Below are positions 59,399 through 64,000 of a stretch of 64,000 nt of DNA, piece by piece. The translations under genes and the position numbers were made by a program. The notes beneath the pieces were generated by a model. The model saw nothing but the letters and a program-made list of their open reading frames with translations. It ran no database searches and had not been told where the DNA came from. The number at the start of each line of letters is the position of its first letter. The first letter of the stretch is position 1. This DNA is from Syntrophales bacterium (GTDB taxonomy: Bacteria; Desulfobacterota; Syntrophia; Syntrophales; UBA6807). The stretch is from positions 52,764 through 116,763 of the forward strand of contig JAXGPA010000007.1 in the NCBI GenBank assembly GCA_040767195.1. The letters run 5' to 3'.

Positions 59399-61462
59399 TT
59401 AAACGCAATTTTTCGGGTTCACCTCGATTTTCGCGTCCACGATGACCGCTCCCGCGCCTTCAGTCCCCACGATGAGAGGATTGATGTCCAGGTTCGAGAT
59501 TTCCGGGTTGTCCATGAGAAAACGGGAAACGGCCGTCAGTACACGGATGAGGGCTTTCCGATCCGGGGGGGGCTGTCCGCGGAATCCCCGGAGAAGCGGG
59601 GCTCCCCGGATGCCGTCGAGCATCCGCCCAGCTTCCTCTTCGTCAAGCGGGGCCACCCAGAGGGCGACATCCTTCAGGGCCTCGACTAAGATTCCCCCGA
59701 GCCCGAAGAGGAGAATGGGTCCGAATTCGGGGTCTCTCTTGCCCCCGATAATGATTTCGAGCCCCGGCGGGACCATTTTCTGAACGAGAAACGCGTCCCC
59801 CTGCATGGCGTCGAAGGCCCGGGAGAGGTCGTCGCCGTTTTGAAGGTTCAGCTGTACCCCGCCTTTTTCCGTCTTGTGAAGAATGACGGGGGAGGACAGC
59901 TTGATCGCCACCGGGTAGCCGACGGCCTCGGCGATGGCCAGGGCCTCTTCTTTCGACCGGGCCGTTCCGAAGGGGGCCACGGGAAGCCCCTGCTTTTCGA
60001 GGAGGGCGAAAGCATCCCCGGGAGAAAGAAGACGGGCGGCCGAATGGCCGGCGCTGGTTGCCGCCTCGGGAAGTCGAAAGGAGAATGTCCGTCTTTTTTC
60101 TCTCAGCCCGGCGTTCTCGTGATGATTCAGGGCGTGCCGAAGGGCCCGAAGGGCGTCATCGGCCTCGGCAAAGAGGGGGAAATCTTCCGCCTCCTTCAAC
60201 GGGAACCAGTCCTTCTTGTCCGTGAGCATGATGAGTATGACCGGTTTGTCATATCGCCGGCTCAACTCCCGGGCGGCCCGGATCATTCTTTTCGTGGCCG
60301 GTATCTCCCGCTCGACCACGTAGGCGTGGCAGAGGACGACGGCGTCCACACCCGTTTCTTCCAGGGCTTTTTCCAGGATGGTGATGTGATGGTCGAGATT
60401 GAACACGTCTCCCAGGTCCAGGGGGTTGGTCATCCGTATGACACCTGCCCGGCTTCCCGCCTGAACGGCCTGGTAGAATTCCTCTGAAAAAGAGGACAGG
60501 GTAAAGCCGTGGCGGTGGGCGGCGTCGGCAAGCATGACCCCCTGTCCGCCGGACCGGGCGATGAGGCCGAGGCGTTTTCCCCGGACGGGCGGGAGCGAAA
60601 AAACCTTGAAACAGTCAATGAGCTGTCTCATGTTGTCGACCCGGTGTATCCCCGACTGCCGGAAGGCGGCGTCGGCCACGGCATCGTCGCCCGCCAGGGC
60701 CGCCGTGTGGAACCGCGCGATGCCATGGCTTTCCGGGTTGGTGTTGGACTTGAGGACGACGATGGGCTTTTCGCTTCGCGAGGCCAGGTTCATGAGCTTC
60801 CGTCCCGAGGAGATGTTTTCCAGGTAGAGGCCGATGATTTCCGTCCCGCTGTCGGTGACGAGATATTCCAGGAAATCCGTTTCGTTCAGGTCCAGCTTGT
60901 TCCCCATGCTGATGAGCTTGTTGAACCCTAAATTTTCCAGGGCGAAGAGCCTGAGGCAGTCCACCACGACGCCCCCGCTCTGGGCGGCCATGGAAATCGT
61001 CCCCTTCCGGGTCATGGCCGGGTCGAAGGGGACGAAGGGGAGGCTGAGACCGTTGTCCAGGTTAACGATGCTGATACAGTTGGGGCCCACAAAACGGATT
61101 CCCCACCGGCGGGCCGTGTCGAGAAGTTTCCGGCCGAGAGCGTCGCCTTCTCCCCCGAATTCGTTGAACCCGCCCGATTCGATGACGGCGTATCGCGTGC
61201 CCTTTTTACCGAGAGCGTCCAGGGCTTCCGGGACATACCGGGCTGGAATGAGAAATACCCCAAGCTCCGGCGCCTCAGGCAATTCCTCGACGCTCCGGTG
61301 GATGATCCTGCCGTTCAGGGTCCCGCCATCGCGGCCGACAAGATAAACCGCTTTTGCGAATCCGAACCGGTCCAGGTTTTCCGCAATGGCCCGGCCCATG
61401 TTCGCGGATTCGGGAGAAACGCCGAAAACGGCGACACTTTTGGGATAGAAAAGGGTTTTCAT
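59399..61462 (-). CDS. Second acetate--CoA ligase (ADP-forming) family protein
   Basis: PKSVAVFGVS, GPNC, AQSGG, FHTAALAG, NPLDLGD, HKTEKGGV and LDINP motifs. Confidence 0.9.
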   Translation of the reverse strand: MKTLFYPKSVAVFGVSPESANMGRAIAENLDRFGFAKAVYLVGRDGGTLNGRIIHRSVEELPEAPELGVFLIPARYVPEALDALGKKGTRYAVIESGGFNEFGGEGDALGRKLLDTARRWGIRFVGPNCISIVNLDNGLSLPFVPFDPAMTRKGTISMAAQSGGVVVDCLRLFALENLGFNKLISMGNKLDLNETDFLEYLVTDSGTEIIGLYLENISSGRKLMNLASRSEKPIVVLKSNTNPESHGIARFHTAALAGDDAVADAAFRQSGIHRVDNMRQLIDCFKVFSLPPVRGKRLGLIARSGGQGVMLADAAHRHGFTLSSFSEEFYQAVQAGSRAGVIRMTNPLDLGDVFNLDHHITILEKALEETGVDAVVLCHAYVVEREIPATKRMIRAARELSRRYDKPVILIMLTDKKDWFPLKEAEDFPLFAEADDALRALRHALNHHENAGLREKRRTFSFRLPEAATSAGHSAARLLSPGDAFALLEKQGLPVAPFGTARSKEEALAIAEAVGYPVAIKLSSPVILHKTEKGGVQLNLQNGDDLSRAFDAMQGDAFLVQKMVPPGLEIIIGGKRDPEFGPILLFGLGGILVEALKDVALWVAPLDEEEAGRMLDGIRGAPLLRGFRGQPPPDRKALIRVLTAVSRFLMDNPEISNLDINPLIVGTEGAGAVIVDAKIEVNPKNCV

Positions 61463-61683
61463 GACAATGGGTCACCTCGGTGCGAGATTGCGTTCTTCGG
61501 GACACGAAGAACCGGGTCTGTGCCGCTGCGGCGCCGATGAGCCCCGGGGGGGCGGGCGGCGCGGGCGAGGCCGCTGAATTTACATAGGCCAATTGGAACC
61601 ATAATTCAACAGGGAATTGTCTCTTGTTGTGCTGACCCCCCTCTTTTGATACAGTCTGTCTGAAAAATCAAGGGAGCCGTCCC

Positions 61684-62430
61684 ATGAAAAAAAAGCCCCT
61701 ATCCTTTTCATGCGGGAGAACCCGGAAGGCGTGCCTTCGCCTTTGCCTGGCTTTCTCCATGCTCCTGCTGTCAGGGACACCGGCCTCTCCTGTTCAGGCC
61801 CGTTGCCCCGACGGTCTTTACACCGTCCTCAAGGTCCGCGATGGACGCTCCTTTGAGGTGGCCGGCGGCCTTTCCATCCGTCTCATCGGCGTGGGTCTTC
61901 CCGAAGGGGAAAAGGCCGGAACCGAGGCGCGGGACGCCCTGTGCCGCCTTCTGAAAGACGGGGTGGTGACGCTGGAGGGGGATCTCCGCGATCAGGACGA
62001 CGAGGGTTTTTATCTGCGCTACGTTCACGGGGAGGGTCTTTTCGTAAACAGGGAAATGATTCGCCTGGGGGTTGCCTTTTTTCGTTCCGTGGAACCCAAT
62101 GTAAAGCATGACAGGGAACTTGCGGCCGCGGCAGCGGCGGAACCGGAGAAGGGCCGAAGCAACCAGTGGGGTTCCGATTGCCCGAGCGGCTGTTATGTTT
62201 ATGTGGGATCGGAGGGGATGACCTTCCATGTCTTCGGATGTCCCTTCCTGGAGGGAAGCGCAAGCCGTGTCTGCCGGGACGAGGCCATCCAGAGGGGTTA
62301 CACCGCCTGCGGCCACTGCGGGGGAGGGTGCGATGACCACGGCGGTGACTGGTATGTTCACGGTTCCTGCTTCGTAGATACCCTTTCAGGAGACCCACAG
62401 CGGCGGGTTCTCGAAAGGGCTGGACCCTGA
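61684..62430 (+). CDS. Exported thermonuclease-fold protein with Ada-like Cys/His domain and CFI-box-like tail
   Basis: Signal peptide; IRLIGV..PE, FVNREMIRLG, PNVKH; YVGS...FH..GC...EAIQRGYTACGHC; C-terminal GSCFVDTL. Confidence 0.75.
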   Translation: MKKKPLSFSCGRTRKACLRLCLAFSMLLLSGTPASPVQARCPDGLYTVLKVRDGRSFEVAGGLSIRLIGVGLPEGEKAGTEARDALCRLLKDGVVTLEGDLRDQDDEGFYLRYVHGEGLFVNREMIRLGVAFFRSVEPNVKHDRELAAAAAAEPEKGRSNQWGSDCPSGCYVYVGSEGMTFHVFGCPFLEGSASRVCRDEAIQRGYTACGHCGGGCDDHGGDWYVHGSCFVDTLSGDPQRRVLERAGP

Positions 62431-62479
62431 TCTTTATTGAGGTTCATCAAGTGTTGTTATGAATAAAGGATGAAAAAAC

Positions 62480-62536
62480 GCCCAACAGGGCAACCCAGCG
62501 GACGTCTCGCAACCGCCGCTGATTTAAGCTTTATGT
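62480..62536 (+). mobile_element. Degenerate integron attC site 1
   Basis: R'' GCCCAAC, 5-nt spacer, L'' AACCCAGCGG ... L' CCGCTGATT, 5-nt spacer, R' TTTATGT (consensus GTTRRRY); 57 bp. Confidence 0.65.
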
Positions 62537-62544
62537 GAGAAGCC

Positions 62545-62997
62545 ATGAGACGTAGCGATAGAGCAGTAGTTGCCGGGGAGGCAAGACGTTTACTCGAAAC
62601 AGCTGAATACGGCGTATTGTCCATGGCATCTTCCGATGGCGTGCCCTATGGCATCCCTCTGAATTTCGCATTTATGAGGGACTGTATCTACTTCCACTGC
62701 GCTCCGGAAGGTAAGAAGATCGACCTGCTCTTCGCCAACCGGAAAGTCTCGTTTTGCGTAGTTGGCAGGACAGAGGTGCTGCCCGAGAAGTTCGGTACGA
62801 ATTACGAAAGCGTTGTTGCTGCTGGCATCGTGGAAGAGCTCTTCGAAAAAGACAAAAGGGAGGGATTGGTCTTGCTGCTCAGGAAGTATTCGCCCGATTA
62901 CATCACGGAAGGGTTAAAATACATCGACAGACTCTTCGACAAGACCAGGGTTTTCAGAATCTGCCTGGAGTCGATAACGGGCAAGGCCCGGAGATGA
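62545..62997 (+). CDS. Pyridoxamine 5'-phosphate oxidase-like / NimA-family flavin-binding protein (cassette-like)
   Basis: YGVLS...DGVPYGIPLNF, IYFHCAPEGKK, VSFCVV and YESV motifs; visibly more AT-rich than the flanks. Confidence 0.88.
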   Translation: MRRSDRAVVAGEARRLLETAEYGVLSMASSDGVPYGIPLNFAFMRDCIYFHCAPEGKKIDLLFANRKVSFCVVGRTEVLPEKFGTNYESVVAAGIVEELFEKDKREGLVLLLRKYSPDYITEGLKYIDRLFDKTRVFRICLESITGKARR

Positions 62998-63003
62998 TGG
63001 GAC

Positions 63004-63063
63004 ACCTGATCCGCCGGTCAAGCGAAGAGCCGTAGCGGGATGCCGCTTACCTCGTTGTCAGGC
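63004..63063 (+). mobile_element. Degenerate integron attC site 2
   Basis: R'' ACCTGAT, CCGCC, L'' GGTCAAGCG ... L' CGCTTACC (one unpaired C), TCGTT, R' GTCAGGC; 60 bp; begins 6 nt after the upstream stop. Confidence 0.65.
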
Positions 63064-63103
63064 CGTGACCAAATCTATTCACACCTGTAAGGAGATTTTC
63101 TGC

Positions 63104-63850
63104 ATGGACATTCCACGGATCTTCACCATCACCGAAAGTGCGCACCGCATCCATAACCCGTTCACACCGGAAAAGCTCGCCACTCTCGGCGCGGCGCTGC
63201 GTCTGGAAACGGGAAGCCGAGTGCTCGACCTCGGCAGCGGTTCGGGGGAGATGCTGTGCACCTGGGCACGCGATTACGGCGTCATCGGCACCGGCATCGA
63301 CATGAGCCGGTTGTTCACCGAGCAAGCGAAACTCCGCGCTGAAGAACTCGGCGTCGCCGATCAAGTCACGTTTATCCATGGCGATGCTGCCGGCTACATC
63401 TCTGGCGAGAAGGCCGATGTGGCAGCCTGTCTCGGTGCCACGTGGATCGGTGGGGGAGTCATCGGCACTATCGAGCTCCTGGCGCAGAGCCTGCGCACCG
63501 GGGGGATCATCCTCATCGGCGAGCCCTACTGGCGGCAGTTACCGCCGACGGAAGACGTTGCCAGGGGGTGTCTTGCCGGCTCAATCTCCGACTTTCTCCT
63601 TCTTCCAGAACTTCTCGCGTCTTTTAGCCGCCTCGGCTACGACGTCGTGGAAATGGTTCTGGCAGACCAGGACGGCTGGGACAGATACGAGGCGGCCAAG
63701 TGGCTCACCATGCGCCGATGGCTTGAAGCCAATCCCGACGACGCGTTCGCGAAAGATGTTCGAGCCAAACTGACCTCGGAACCCAAGCGCTACGCCGCCT
63801 ACACGCGTGAATACCTGGGCTGGGGCGTATTCGCGCTGATGAAGCGGTGA
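63104..63850 (+). CDS. Class I SAM-dependent methyltransferase (YjhP-like, cassette-like)
   Basis: ATG 63104 with AAGGAG RBS; MDIPRIF..ESAHRIHNP, VLDLGSGSGE, GEPYW and REYLGWGVF motifs. Confidence 0.9.
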   Translation: MDIPRIFTITESAHRIHNPFTPEKLATLGAALRLETGSRVLDLGSGSGEMLCTWARDYGVIGTGIDMSRLFTEQAKLRAEELGVADQVTFIHGDAAGYISGEKADVAACLGATWIGGGVIGTIELLAQSLRTGGIILIGEPYWRQLPPTEDVARGCLAGSISDFLLLPELLASFSRLGYDVVEMVLADQDGWDRYEAAKWLTMRRWLEANPDDAFAKDVRAKLTSEPKRYAAYTREYLGWGVFALMKR

Positions 63851-64000
63851 TGAGGGGATTGACCGCCGCCGCTCATCCTCGGCGTTCCTTTCAACCTGTA
63901 ATCCTCGGTGTTGCTGAATGAAGCCTGCTGAGTAGTTGTATGTGACTTCAACAGATCCGATGAATGGACGTTCTCGGACGAAGAAGCAGAGGGGATCTCT

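Overview
GC-rich chromosomal window from an anaerobic bacterium. Gene content suggests a Desulfobacterota/Syntrophales-like deltaproteobacterium (inference). It is mostly housekeeping and energy metabolism: surE, dnaK-grpE-gmhA, two ADP-forming acyl-CoA ligases, an Fe3+/polyamine-type ABC transporter, a complete archaeal-like A/V-type ATPase operon (I-K-E-C-F-A-B-D-DUF61-H), an ArsR-linked arsEFG-like redox/permease cluster, enolase, and a 2-oxoacid:acceptor oxidoreductase whose delta subunit carries a GltD-like flavoprotein insert. Highlights not visible in the ORF track: (1) an in-frame UGA in a CxxU motif followed by a SECIS-like hairpin, giving a secreted UshA-fold selenoprotein upstream of rhodanese and MauE/DoxX genes; (2) a CstA transporter + small membrane protein + Get3/ArsA-type ATPase + membrane-anchored protein that by eye resembles eukaryotic CCDC47, a possible dedicated membrane-protein chaperone/regulatory module; (3) degenerate attC sites flanking cassette-like genes at the right end, with no integrase in the window; (4) a MITE-like palindromic repeat in one full and one half copy; (5) long structured leaders ahead of the ATPase and cstA operons. 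All family calls come from motif recognition by eye; no database searches were run.
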